A stretch of DNA of 64,000 bases from Botryllus schlosseri (lineage: Eukaryota): assembly GCA_051294905.1 (NCBI GenBank), contig CM119373.1:17794001-17858000 (forward strand), read 5' to 3'. Below the pieces are notes generated by a model, which ran no database searches, was not told the origin of the DNA, and saw only the letters and a list, made by a program, of their open reading frames with translations. Positions 42,201-54,578 of the stretch are shown piece by piece (position 1 is the stretch's first letter; each line of letters opens with the position of its first letter). Both the position numbers and the translations under genes were made by a program.

Positions 42201-45200
42201 TGGTTACTGCTGTTCAACTTGTTAATGGGGTGATATCGGTAGCAAGTATAGAAACCCGTTTTACACTCTGATCAAGCTCAATATCAACCTCGCAATACTC
42301 AGACGCCGGATACATTATCCGGTTTGGCCTGGACCGTTAAGGCGAAAGCTTATATTCCCTTGCAAGTTCTTGTCGAAATTTTAGGCAAAGCGATGAAAGA
42401 TATTGATTTTATGGCATTATTATGTCATTCTATTTTCCCGGTTGATACATTTGGCGACGTTTAAAACGTCAATATGTACTTCAGCATTGCGGCATTATGT
42501 GACCCGAGTCGTCACTATAGGTATCGTGTACAATGTAATATAGACTATCACTTTACTGAAATTTATAGTTGGAATCAGCACGTGACGTCATGAGGTTTCA
42601 CTCCATCCCTAGTTAGTATAGGACTAGGAATTTATAATCGACTCGAGAATTCGAGTATCACTCATTGTGACGTCATAAGTTTATTGGTCAACTGGAAGTT
42701 CAAATATGCGACCGCAACGAAAAATAAGGCCAGTTCTCCACCACGCTAACGATAATTTGTTATTTCATTGCACTCCTGACGATGCTGTGATTTGATCACG
42801 AAATCCCAGGAAATTCATGTTCACTAACGTGCGTGGCCTTTTAGGGCATGTTTTGAATGCTGTCATAGTATTAATTGAGATTTCAACGATTCCACGGTGG
42901 GTAAAAAGTATAGAAACTATAAATAATAATATAACTATTAGGGCGGTGGTTCTTAAACTTTTCAGGGCGCAACTTAAATCTGAGTTTAGTGGCATCTCGC
43001 TACCCAAAACCTCTATTAGTATGCTATACGCGTTTTTAGGGGATTGTATGATATAGCGAACGCGAAGACGACAGCTTCATGCAACGCAGCTCTATGAAAC
43101 ATTTTTGTCGCACCCGTTTTCAAATTTGGGTGCATTATTCTTTTCTACGGGTTGCTTTTATACTACTGTCTACTCATTTAGTGAATACGGAACTGTGTCG
43201 TGCCGACCATGTCACCACATATAATATATAGGTTTTGGCCAACCAGCGACAGTCATTTTTGACCAAGGTTTTATCGCCGCAGATATTGTTGACGCGGCAC
43301 TTTTGCCATCCGTCTGTTGGCCAAAACTTCAAGTCTTTATGTGTTTCGACGCGGAAAGCGGGTTTCTCTAGAAATAAATGTGTCTTACAGTCGCGCACCC
43401 GATCGTTGCACACCACTGCAGTAAGGCATCCCAACGGTCTCCGACGCGGTGTTTTCCAGAGAATCCAATGTCGGATAAACCTTTTCATGAATTCAAACCA
43501 ATTTGTGTAATACAAAGGGCGACGTATTTTCACGATCAAGCCATATTGTAGTAACGACTTTCTGCATGTCTCGCTTAGTGGCTCTAATACCATAGACCAG
43601 CTGGTCCCAACGTGGGCAATATCGGCCCCGCAGTGGCCGATTGTGGGAGAGAACGGGGCGAAAGTACTTGACGCTGCTATAGGGGGCGAAAATGTTAGAA
43701 CTTCCAGTGAGATGTATTTAATTACCACGGTCAAAAAATGCACTGAAGACGGATGTTTTCTGCATATGAGGGGACAAAAAAAGGTCAACTCAACGGAAAG
43801 TAGACGCGGAAACCGGTTTTCCGAGCTACTACCACCTCGGCAAAATGAAATTTTTAGTAAATTCACCAGCGATCAGAGTTAGGTCAAAAATCTCCCGATT
43901 ACGCGTCTTCCTCGCTGCAAGAGTTTAAGCAAATGTTTCAGATCGCTCTGGTGTCGTCGCGACCCAAAATTATACCCAAACCTTAAGAACGGGAACGGGC
44001 GTATAATTTCAGTACTCGCACAAATCGTCTCTATCTACTCCAATCGGATCATGCATCGCTAATATATCATTCTTTACATTCCTAGCAATTGTGTATGTTG
44101 CTTCGGTATATTTCTACAAAATAACGACCCTTTTTTAAAACTACATTCCACAATCGCGTTTCGTTTTTCGCTCATATGTGTACTTGTACGCGTCGGAACC
44201 TTACTTACGAGTTACGACCAATAACAGGTATATTCAAAACACCGCGCAGACGTGGTCGTGTTATGTAAGACATAAGAGTCAAATTCCAATGATAAACACA
44301 TTGAGATCATACGTACACAGTAGGGTGGTTCAAAAATAACCCTTTTTCCTGAATCTTGCAGGTTACTTGATTAAATCGTTAGGTTGCCTTAAAAAACGAC
44401 GCACACCAAATTTGAATTCATTCCAACCAATATTCGCGGATTTCGTAGAGTTTGAAAATTTTGAATTTGCCTGAAAATGCAAAAAAAAAATTTTTTCAAA
44501 TTTTCCTTCCAACCTTATGAAATTGTTGCGCTGTCTTCAAAAACGATGGAAAACAAATTTGAGTCAATTCCAAGCTGCAGAAGCGGAGTTATTCAAGTTT
44601 TTTGATGATAATTCTGAGATGATCCACCAATCAAGGATAATCCCAGAATTATCAAAGAAAAACTGAAATAACTCCACTTCTACGGCTTCGAATTGAGTCA
44701 AATTTGTTTTGCATCGTTTTCGAAGACAGCGCAACAATTTCATGGGGTTGGCAGAAAAATTTGAAAAAAATATTTTTTGCATTTTTAGGCAAATTCAAAA
44801 TTTTCAAACTCTACGAAATCCGCGAATATTGGTTGGAATGAATTCAAATTTGGTGTGCGTCGTTTTTTTAAGGTAACCTAACGATTTAATCAAGTAACCT
44901 GCAAGATTCAGGAAAAAAGGTTATTTTTGAACCACCCTAGTACACAGTATTATATCAGGCATTTGAGATAAAAGGATAAGATATTTTGTTGTATCTTGCT
45001 GTCATTCTCAGTAAAGTATTTCCCAAAAAATTACAGCACAGCCGATGATTTGAATACAGCCTTCCTATAATTCTCTTCGTCCATCGCAACCGAAATCTCG
45101 TGACAACTTATCGGCGTAATCTTTGCGGGTACAGTTGTTTGCAACTTATAATTCCGAATAAATCGCGGATCAATGCGCTTCCTTCATGTAAGCGCTTGTA

Positions 45201-48200
45201 ACCGCGTTGGTTTATTGCTATCTTCGCCACTCCTCGCCGCTATACGCGCAGGGGTCAGCCTAATTTGAATGTAGTAACTTACGTGCATTGTCAAAATGAA
45301 CACACTTGTTCGGTTCGTACGCGTGGGAGTGTACTAAAAATGCATTAATACCTTATTTACAATTGGTGTGCGGTAGCGAAGTATTAGGAACTATCCTGTT
45401 GTTAGCGTAAAAAAGATTTAATCTGAAAAATGCAAAGGAGTGTTTCATGCCCACCCTTTATTACAAACAGATGGAATATAGTGAGTGACGTATACTGTCG
45501 TGTGCGGGATCCCTAATCGAAGATACCATGTGTTTTGGAAACTTGAACGACTTGCGCGAAATAGACTCAAATCTAAATCCAGAGAAACAACTGAACGGCT
45601 AATTGTTAATTCGGTATAAAGTTGAATGTTACGTTCATGCTAAAAAAAAAACTCGGTCTCAATTTATAAACACCTCACCTCACTTTATGCGTCTCAAAAG
45701 CTTCGTACAAATTGCGATTATTGAGTTATATTCATGAAATTATGGTAATATTATCCACTATAGTATTTCACTTTTATTTGGCCTAAATCTATAGAACTTT
45801 TAACACCTTGGCGAGGCCTCTTGATGACTGTGCTGTACGCGATAACTAATGTTTTTATTCACATTGGCGGGTAGATTATATCTATTAGTCTACCGAGTGT
45901 CGATGTCGGGTTTTCTGTTTTCGCCGTGTCCTGTTGGTGGTAGCCATGGTGTTTGTCGACTACAATGGTTATTTACACCATACCGATATTCCTTATTTTG
46001 ATTCCGTAGCTGCCGACTTACAGCACGACCAACTTCTACGCTTATTGTAAGACACCGCGGACGCGGATGAGATGGCGAGGAGGAGCCTAGATAAACCTCC
46101 AACACCTAGGCTAGGTAGGAATTCTGGAGTCGACCTCGGTCAGACTCGAACACACAACCCATTGGTGTGACAGCTGTGGATTATGCCACCACGCTATCTC
46201 GCCACTAGCCGTGTACAAAAAATACCTGATGTAGAATCTATTTTTATCCGGTCGATTCGTTTTTTAGTTGTAGATTTTTATCATCGGTCTGAATTTCATC
46301 CCTCGCTGCCTGACCAACGCGTGCTTTCGCGTTTATGTGGCCTGGAATCGTTTGGACAGTGCGTTGTGACAATGCCAGAGACAGACGGTCGAAGTGGTCA
46401 GTGTTGCATTCCAATATGAGGAAAAAAGTAATGCGCTAAATTTCTACTCCATTAGAAGTAGAAAATAAAAGGTATGAACCGTACTCAAGTAAGGAGTTTT
46501 CAAGGGGATTTGGTCGAAGTGCCTCATACATGTAGTAAGTGGCAATGATATATATATAATATAGTAAGTAAGTATAGTAAGGAATGGAGTTCTTTCAAAA
46601 TCGCACACGACAACGCAAAATGAATGATGAGTACAGAATACTCTGATAAGAGCAATTTTTGAAAGTATACATTCTGTGATACTATGATACAGGACCCGTT
46701 TCACGATAATAATAATAATAATAATAAGATGTTAATTTCACTCAAAAATATGATGCAAACCCACTCCAAACCTACTTTTCACTTTAAAAATGTTTTTCTT
46801 TCAATATTTTTATCAAAACCGTTGAATAGAATTAGATGTAGCCTGAAAACATAACAACGTGACTAAGTTATGCAGCTATAGGCAAATGCTACTTTTGTAC
46901 TCCGCAATAGTAGAAATCCGTCGTTACTGACCTCCTCTGATACCAGATATATACTAGATTAGTGGTTCTTAACCTTGTCTCCAGCGCCCCCCCCCCCAGG
47001 GGACGATTTGTATTTTGAAGGGGGTGGAAACGCTCAGGGGGAGAAATGCATGCGCTGAGCTCAGGAGGGCGGTATGGGGCGCTGGAGAAAGATGGCCTCG
47101 CAGTAGATAGTGTATACATATGATTATATAGTAGAAGTAGAACAATAGTTCTGTATATCCCTGAGTTCTCATTGCAAGCTAACATACGAAAAAAATCTGT
47201 TAAATCACACCGTGTTTCGTTGCGCTAATCGCGAAATATCTACCGACGATGTTTTCATGAATGCAGTGGTTTATTTTGATTCATGTAAAATGAATTTGGC
47301 GTATTTTTGGATTGCCAATTTCCCGTTAAAACACTCCCGTCACGCTAGCTATACTCCAAGTCGTTTCGACACCTTCCAATCTTTTGTGGTGCTTTGAAAT
47401 CATGAAAATACTAATTAACTGATCCTTATACTGACGCAACGCTAGCTCGGGTTATTTTCCGCAAAATTGTTTTGAACTATGGATTGTATCCTGCAGCGCG
47501 CTGCGTGTCGAAATCGAAAAGGCACTGTACCGTACATTGTACAGTGTACAACTTTTGAGAGTGGTGCCCTTTGTACATTAAAGATGTTTTGAAGCTTTTG
47601 GGCCAAAATGATTAACTAAATATACTTGTATTTGAGAGCTACAAAATTACATCGTCAGAATATTTCTCCATCGTATGATAAAGGATGATAGTGCTTAGTT
47701 TCGTTACCCCCATTCATGTTAAAGTTATGAGCTTGGTGCAGTACTGAATTTAATGTGAGAAAATCTCTAACACATTCTCAGTTGATTTAGTAGTCACACA
47801 AAGCAATAAAACAAAACCCAATACAGTTAATTTCCCCGTAATGCCAATCGCACAGGAGAATTCGGGATGTGTACATCGATCTCGAACCAAATGCTATGAG
47901 CCCGTAGGCCTTACTCGATGGTTGTTATAACAACCGTGATTTGATCCCGAAAATAGCACATACAATTACACCGTTAATTAGTCGAGTGGTCTAATAATGA
48001 AGTCCCAACCCGAAACCGGACTTCGACCACTTACCCATTGTTTTGTTTTTACTACAGTATTTAAAACAGGGGCCGCCAGACTCAGTCAATGTTTGAAGGG
48101 GGGCGCTGGAGAATAAAAGGTTAAGAACCACTGTATTAGATGGTTGGTATTAATATTTACTCAATTTCAAGTATAAGAAATACGAAGTACGCGAAAGGCC

Positions 48201-51200
48201 TGTCGTAGTCCTTGCGAATACGACATGTCGCCGTTAGCTGCCGTACGATGGGAATTTCCACTAAAGTCACCGGGTGTTTGTATGAGTTTTAACTGTAGCA
48301 GACGTCGTCCACTCGATACATGAATTAACTCGGATGACTCCTACGTAACCGGTCACGACATTGTTGCGATAGATATATTATCGCCGCTGTGATGCCTGTT
48401 ATCCGCTACGAGTCATAGCTCATTCGTAACACGTTAAGTAAATTAGATATGTCGCGAAGATTGCTCGTATAATGGACATATCAACTGCACGTGAGAATCG
48501 TAGGCCTGGTGTTAGATTTCCGTGGCTCGCAATTTCAGCATTTGATTTTCGTATAGAGCAGTGGTTTTCAACCTTTTTCAACTCATCGTCCCTTATCAAG
48601 CCCGACACAAAGTTTCGCCCCCCAAACATACAGGTCCGAAACAGAAGACGAAAAACGAGAAATTTATTTACCTAGCTTACCTAGTTTCTCCGGGAAGCTC
48701 CTCAAATACGTGCCTTTTATGCGAACACAATTATCATAATGTCAGGTCTACATCACATTAAAGATGATATTGCGTTCCCAGGCAATTTACTCCATGCGAG
48801 GTCACACAGGGTTTCATCCGGTATTGTTTAACGCGTAAACAAAGACAAAGCGCAGCCTTCTTGCGTCTTTCGAATCTTTAATAAATTGACACAATGTCTT
48901 ACGAATACGGTTAACGACTTTCCCGGCTTTAATCTCACTACATGTTACGAGCACATAGCGCCATCTTACTACACAAAATGAATCAAGTCGGACATGACGT
49001 CAAAGGGTACTAACCATAGGTGAATGCTGCACAAGTGCGCATAGATACTACGACCATGCCCGATGTTTTATTGCCCTTTGTAACTAAGAAGTGGGTTGCT
49101 TACGACTTAACAGATATGCCATTTCCAGTAACACGCGGAGCTCAAGCTTATTACTGCCTGTTGCGCATGCTACGATACGACCATAATAAAGGTTTCAAGA
49201 CTTCCACAGTTGAAAACATCAAACTACAATTTTCGTTGATAAATTGACTCTTAGTGGAAAATGCTGCATAATTTCATTGCTCGAAAATATCAGTTGTCAC
49301 CACTTGAACCATTAGAATCGGTACTCGATTCGAATTCGTGTACTTGAATCATTGTACGCGGCCCCATCTACGAAGGCGGCAATGCGTACAAGGCTATAGC
49401 TAAATTTACCATAAGTATTTCATCACTATATAGCTAAATTTACTCAAAGTCATTGGTTCCCAAACTTTTTCGGCTCGTGACACACTAGAATAGTTATAAA
49501 ACTCTCGCGACACACTTGGGCCGAAAAAGGATGCTTTGAAAAAGATCGATGTTTTTTTATTACATGAACAGAACGTAGTAGGTTGAATTGTTCGCAAATT
49601 TACCCGCATTTTGCAATATACATCCCCAAACAAACATATCAACATAACCCGCATCTTATAATTAATTCCAAGCAGTGTCTCTCGTTTACAGCTTATAATT
49701 TCACTAAAAAGGCCATGTCCACCTAGCCATGAAGATGCCAATTTTAACACAGTATGGATTGCTTTTGCACCGATTTTGCAATAGCATTTGCTTGCAGACA
49801 GATAAAAATCACCCCATTTCTTTTGAAGAAATAGCTTTAAATTTTCGTAAATTAATTAGCTGCTCTTCTGCAGAAAGATTGCTTAATTTATCAGCTGTTG
49901 ACGAGAAGCGTTCGTAAGTTGCGTATGCCAGTCTCCAGGCCTTCTTCAAAATATTTATAATTCTTTTCCAAAACTCCAAAATTGTTCGCGGCACACCTGA
50001 GAATATGTGGCGGCTCACCAATGCCCGATATGTAGGCTGTAATACACTGTACGTGTACAGTGTACGTACATGTACAATAGGGCTGTTCAAAAATAACCTT
50101 TTTTTTTCCTGATTCCAGCCATTCACTGATTAAATTGTCAGGTTGCCACAACAAAGGCTGCACACCAAATTTGGTTCAATTCGAACATGTCTAAGCGTCC
50201 GCAGAGCCAATTAAAATTTTTAATTTAATACGTAAAATTAAAAAAAAAAAAATTTCAAATTTTTCTCTCAACCCCATGAAAATGTTGAGATGTCTTCAAA
50301 GACCATGCAAATGAAATTTGAGTCAATTCCAACCAGTAGAAACGGAGTTATTTGAGTTTTTCGTTGATAATTCTCGGATTATCCACCAATCAAGGATATT
50401 TGGAGAATTATCAACGAAAAACTCCAATAACTCCACTTCTACTAGTCCGAATTGAGTCAAATTTTATTTGCATCGTCTCTGAAGACAGCTCAACAATTTC
50501 TTGGGGTTGACAGAAAAATTTGAAAAATTTTTTTTTTTCAATTTTCCTGTATAAATTAAAAATTTTAATTGGATCCGCGGAGCCCTATACTTGTTAGAAT
50601 TGAACCAAATTTGGTGCGCAGCGTTTTTTAAGGTAACCTGACGATTTAATCACTGAATGGCTGGAATCCGGAAAAAAAAGTTATTTTTGAACAGCCCTAA
50701 TGTACAATTGTACATTCTACATTTGTACACTGTACATTAGGGCTCTTCAAAAATGACTTTTTTTCTCAAATCGTACTGGCTACTTGATAAAATTGTTAGG
50801 TTACCTAATTTAAGCCTACACACAAAATTTGGTTCAATTCCAGCCAGTAGCCGCTTTGCTACAGAAGAAAGTTTCTATTTATTATATAAAAATAAATAAT
50901 AAAAAATTTGAAAATTTTCTGTTCACCCCATGAAAGTGTTAGGCTGTCTATAAAAACGATGCTCACCAAATTTGGTTCAATTCCAACCAGTGGACGCGGA
51001 GTTATTGCCGTCGAAATATTTGGATTTGAATAAAATAGTATTTACGTTTACGGTGACCGATTCTTTGTTTATTTATTATAGTTGTGCTCACCGTAAATAC
51101 TATTTTATTCAAATCTAAATTTTTCGACGGCAATAACTCCGCTTCCACTGGCTGGAATTGAACCAAATTTGGTGAGGATCGTTTCTATAGACAGCCTTAC

Positions 51201-52638
51201 ACTTTCATGGAGTGAACAGAAAATTTTCAAATTTTTTATTATTTATTTTTATATAATAAATAGAAACTTTCTTCTCCTGCAGCAAAGCGGTTACTAGCTG
51301 GAATTGAACCAAATTTTGTGTGTAGGCTTAAATTAGGTAACCTAACAATTTTATCAAGTAGCCAGTACGATTTGAGAAAAAAAAGTCATTTTTGAAGAGC
51401 ACTACTGTACGTACATTATACAACGCGAGAAACGTTGTAACTTCAGCAACCCTGTGCCCCTAATGTACCAGTACAATCGTGAACAAGCGAGTTTGTCTCA
51501 AAATGCTTAAGTATCACTGGTATGGCGTGACCAGGGGTCGAGAATATCTGGAGCACGCGGTCGCGGTTCGCTGAAATATACAGACTACTCAGAAAGAGTA
51601 TATGACGTTATGTTCCAAAAAGATCAGTGTTTACCTTTATATTTGCAGAGCAAAACTTATGACCGTGTTCTCATTGGCACAATGTTGGGACTGGGAGTAT
51701 TTCCATTGTGACGCAGATAACTCAACGAGGTCACGGCAAAATGATGGGTTGGCGCTTGATTATATCATATATAAATGTGATATATAACTTCTTACACAAT
51801 CAGAAAACTGAGATAGTAACGGTATTTAGATAGTAATGTACGCGAGCATCCTGAGCGCTCGCTTGTTACCACTTTCTCATTGGAAATCCTCTTGCCACTG
51901 ATTTCCCTTTTAGCTAGAAATGCGTTTCTTAATGTGCGCAAACAGAATCCACTGGGACATATATGATATATCCGCATGAAATTGTGCGTTTTTCATTGTG
52001 GATTCCACGTTCGAATCCAAACGATGCCAAGTGTAAACACGCGAGAGATGTTTCCATGTTCAGATCAAATAAAAATCTGAGTTAATCCTCATCTTTAGTA
52101 CACAGTTACACGATACATTAATCATCATCTATATATGCTTGCAGTGTATTATTTGCGCCGCCCACATCGCAATATGCACTATATGGCGACTACATTGAAA
52201 ATACGTGGGTGTAAACTAGGTGGTTTACCGCATATCCACCAAAGCGCCGGGTGCAAATGAGGCAATCAACACTTTCTGGTTCAAAACTTTGCTTACGCGC
52301 TCAACCTAATGGCGGGAGATGATGCGTAAAATACACCAATACTTATGGACATTTGGACATATATTTCAGGGTTGCACCGGGGCCTACGTAGGCCCCGGTT
52401 GTACGCTATGGCTTAACCAGGTGAAATACACGATTTTGGTGTACTATGTTCCATCACCTTGAGTTTCAAACGACAGTTTCGATCCAGACTATAACAAATA
52501 CTCACATTCCATAGAACACCGTATCCGTTTCGTGGCGCTGATCGGAATTGCGTTATTCTTTCCGCACACAGATTGGCATTCCTCCGGGAATGTGACATCA
52601 GACATCAGAAGAGTTACATATAATACAAACAACCACAT
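26694..52638 (-). CDS. IL-17 receptor-like gene R3 (two FnIII-like domains, TM, SEFIR)
   Basis: Exons 52506-52638 (signal peptide MWLFVLYVTLLMSDVT...RCSME), 43389-43415 (VCNDRVRD), 41476-41601 (...IALVVKWSQK), 41264-41418 (...GTVQGYYL...TTEED), 32172-32322 (DVVHFEFPC...IRLHSLP...VTIP), 30643-30714 (CEEDERL...ECQAYWK), 30233-30299, 29945-30051, about 29017-29188 (phase unresolved), 28904-28939, 28452-28550 (TM HTIYFVLAGAIATFLIIPILLCMV) and 26694-27268 (SEFIR). Without the 29017-29188 exon the path is in frame (1548 nt, 515 aa). The link of the first exon across 9 kb is inferred. Confidence 0.78.
27374..28082 (+). mobile_element. hAT Charlie/SPIN-like MITE with nested SINE fragment
   Basis: TIR CAGGGGCGGGC; perfect TSD ccttagac; internal LLALFGCTYIF dimerisation-domain relic. 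Confidence 0.85.
27738..27901 (-). mobile_element. 5'-truncated SINE inserted in MITE
   Basis: 11-bp TSD cagctactgtt (27727-27737 and 27902-27912); (caaa)n tail; body matches SINEs at 30364 and 45915. Confidence 0.8.
28452..28550 (-). CDS. R3 transmembrane exon
   Basis: gtcgttttag ... G|GTAGGG; 99 nt, phase 1-1; 22-aa hydrophobic run followed by QRSHHISR. Confidence 0.85.
30364..30625 (+). mobile_element. tRNA-derived SINE (B box deleted)
   Basis: gagatagcgtagtgg A-box head; body alignable by eye to the 45915-46203 copy. Confidence 0.7.
31140..31641 (+). mobile_element. hAT Charlie/SPIN-like MITE (sister of 27374 copy, no SINE)
   Basis: TIR CAGGGGCGGGC/CAGAGGCGGGC; perfect TSD ctctagaa; relic LLALFGSTYIF...RSNITDIHGQSLLQVATYDMQPEL. 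Confidence 0.85.
31822..32121. mobile_element. hAT MITE with TAGGGTTACCA termini
   Basis: TIR TAGGGTTACCA; TSD gccatatc/gctatatc. Confidence 0.75.
33457..33873. mobile_element. Palindromic hAT MITE (TAGGG family)
   Basis: TAGGGCTG...CAACCCTA; TSD ctatgcag/ctatacag; shares sequence with the 50078 and 59078 copies. Confidence 0.8.
34192..34987. mobile_element. hAT Charlie-type MITE
   Basis: CAGGGGCGGCTAACC...GGTTGGCCGCCCCTG; homologous to 54138-54578 and to the 37950-38177 fragment; TSD not clean. Confidence 0.75.
38604..41132. mobile_element. 2.5-kb foldback hAT (hATm-like) element made of two inverted transposase 3' halves
   Basis: TAGGGTGGAGTG...CACTCCACCCTA; perfect TSD cccattat; arms about 1.2 kb, each with decayed VYFPSWFEIK...FAH...LGDDDE and HPW(H/Y)NQAVERDVKVVT...GF.R.D.LI..LKS motifs reading outward. 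Confidence 0.85.
41845..42600. repeat. Dispersed hAT relic, inverted copy at about 62250-62950
   Basis: Shared tract e.g. gctcgaaatatccagctttcc...ctctgctgtgagcttgacccgcaatcacac; decayed SSxxRxxS...WIFRANFRNR dimerisation-like motif. Confidence 0.6.
44321..44939. mobile_element. Palindromic hAT MITE (TAGGG family)
   Basis: TAGGGTGGTTCAAAAATAACC...; perfect TSD gtacacag; near-identical outer arms. Confidence 0.88.
45915..46203 (-). mobile_element. tRNA-derived SINE, near full length
   Basis: A-box-like TAGCGTGGTGG (46186-46196) and B-box GTTCGAGTC (46143-46151) on the minus strand, followed by the family body. Confidence 0.75.
46960..48133. mobile_element. hAT Charlie-type non-autonomous element
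   Basis: (T/C)AGTGGTTCTTAACCTT termini; TSD tactagat/tattagat. Confidence 0.78.
50078..50699. mobile_element. Palindromic hAT MITE (TAGGG family)
   Basis: TAGGGCTGTTCAAAAATAAC termini; perfect TSD atgtacaa. Confidence 0.88.
50738..51404. mobile_element. Palindromic hAT MITE (TAGGG family), near-perfect hairpin
   Basis: TAGGGCTCTTCAAAAATGAC / GTCATTTTTGAAGAGCACTA; TSD ctgtacat/ctgtacgt. Confidence 0.88.
52506..52638 (-). CDS. Signal-peptide exon assigned to R3
   Basis: MWLFVLYVTLLMSDVTFPEECQSVCGKNNAIPISATKRIRCSME, ending T|GTGAGT (phase 1) exactly as R2 exon 1 does. Confidence 0.65.
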
Positions 52639-52683
52639 CGCAGATATTAACCAACAATCAACCACATCGCAGATATTAACCAA
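52630..52683. repeat. Tandem duplication (25-nt identical core, period 29) spanning the R3 start codon
   Basis: caaccacatcgcagatattaaccaa at 52630-52654 and 52659-52683. Confidence 0.9.
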
Positions 52684-54137
52684 TCTCTCCTATAGCAGAA
52701 ACAATGCACTTCTCATACGCGTCGGCCGGCCCGAATATACCCTGCAAGCTTATTCAATTAAAGGAAAAGGTTTTTTCTATTCTGTTACAACGCTCGGACG
52801 CTATATCGTGCTGGCGCTACGACAAACCCTGTAAACTGTTTTATTGCTATTCAACATGTATTTACAAATGTAGGCACACCGTGGGACAAGTTTTCTTCAA
52901 AACAATTCACGCATCGTTTGTTTTAAGTTATAGGAATTTTACTGCGAATGTTCGCCTTTCGGCTTTAGATGGGCGTCATGGTTAGTAAGTTTCATTGGCG
53001 TTTCACAATGACCAGCATTGAGAATTAATTAAAGGATCGCTTCGCCGGTAGAAATGGTAACAAGGTTACAATCACACCTCAAGTTCTCCGGAGGTATGTC
53101 GGATATACTGAATCAGTTCCGTGCGGTTGAATATTAATTTCCTCACATCAAAACATCAGGAGATTGCAATAAAACGAAAAGATAGGAAGGAGACGAAACG
53201 ACATGGAGCAGTCATTCAATCAAAACCCACATTGGCTCGGAATTTACAAATAAGAGACATATTCGCTGAATTGAAAGTAACGTCAGAGAAGTAAAAGATG
53301 ATTTTTCTCGAGTACTGAAATTATACGCTCCTTACCACTAAAAGGAAATTTATCAACTAGAATTACAGTTTTGATACTAATTTTCACTGCTGAAGCCTTG
53401 AAATCTTGATTGGTCGTATCGTAGCATGCGAAACATATAGTACAAAGCTACGAACGTTACTGAAAATAGCACATTTCCAAAGTCATGATCATCCCACAAC
53501 ATTGTCACCAAGTGCAATGAAACCGGTATGGTCGAAAAAATACCAAAGTATCTGTACTGTAATTGATAACTGGCATTATATTCTTTGTGGTCGCATCCAA
53601 AGGTACATATTTGAACTGTGTCATATTACTCTCTGTTATGACGTCACAATGAGTGATACTCGATTACTAGACTCGAAGCATATTACTTGATTCAGAATCG
53701 AATCACTCATGTACAAGGGCGTAGCCAGAAAAAATATTTGGGGGATGCGAAAAATTCGATGAAGTAAATGACCCCCCCCCCCTTAAAGATAAGGAAAAAA
53801 TAGGTAAAATCGATGGACTTGGGCGCTTATTGGATGATTAACACAACATCTGGGGCGGTCGTTACATATATTCCACTCACAGACGGATGTGATCAAATGA
53901 TGATTGTGGAAAACCAGGACGACAACACTTTCGCGCGAAGCGCGAAAATTTTTTATGGTTAATGAATGAAATTGGTTCATTATATTGGTATTTGCATATT
54001 GCAAATACGTTTTCATTATCAGATTTACCGGTAGGGCTGATAGAAGTGGTGGTCATCAAACATTCAGCGGGCAATTAATTATACATCTTGAGCAATATGT
54101 TCATACCACACGGCAAGACTATTTAGAGTTTCTAGAG

Positions 54138-54578
54138 CAGGGTGGCCAAAGGGCCACATGAGACTTACGAATCATTGCGTGGGCCACTTGAATGGTGATG
54201 AGCTTTTTTAGTCTTCCGATAGGAGCGTACCGGATAATAGGTAACGTTGAAAATAATACTTATATTATGCGCATCAAAATCAATAACAATTATGACATGA
54301 AGACTTGGTGTCGATCCCCGACCTAGCCGCGCGAAATATTGTACATTATATAGTCATATACGAAGATCTGCGAAATTGTGGCTGGCCCCTGGCTACGCCA
54401 ATGCGTCGGAACTCGGAACTGATATTTTAGTCGGCAAAATCCCAAATTTCGCGGTCAGGCTAATCAAATTTTGGTTATTCGGTTTTGGTGATTTATTTTG
54501 TGATAATATTAGTAATTTCGAGAATGAACCCGCGGGCCTCTCAAAACCTTCTCGCGGGCCATGGGTTGGCCGCCCCTG
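54138..54578. mobile_element. hAT Charlie-type MITE
   Basis: CAGGGTGGCCAA...TTGGCCGCCCCTG; TSD ttctagag/ttctatag. Confidence 0.78.

Noticed and set aside
43174-43866. Longest ORF in the track (230 aa, minus strand)
   Set aside because: It starts on an intronic GTG, crosses a hAT-like fragment and has no domain signature; only the 27-nt exon 43389-43415 inside it looks real.
43867-43914. 48-nt phase 1-1 exon candidate (RKTRNREIFDLTLIA) in R3
   Set aside because: The boundaries are canonical, but it would separate the CSMELVC cysteine pair that matches IL17RA; left out of the model, though not excluded.
46143-46200. Possible tRNA gene
   Set aside because: It has A and B boxes but no complete cloverleaf, and is followed by a dispersed SINE body.
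1225-48260. NF-kB-like 10-mers (GGGAACTTCC near 1225, GGGAATTTCC near 48250)
   Set aside because: A few matches are expected by chance in 64 kb, and they are not clustered at promoters.
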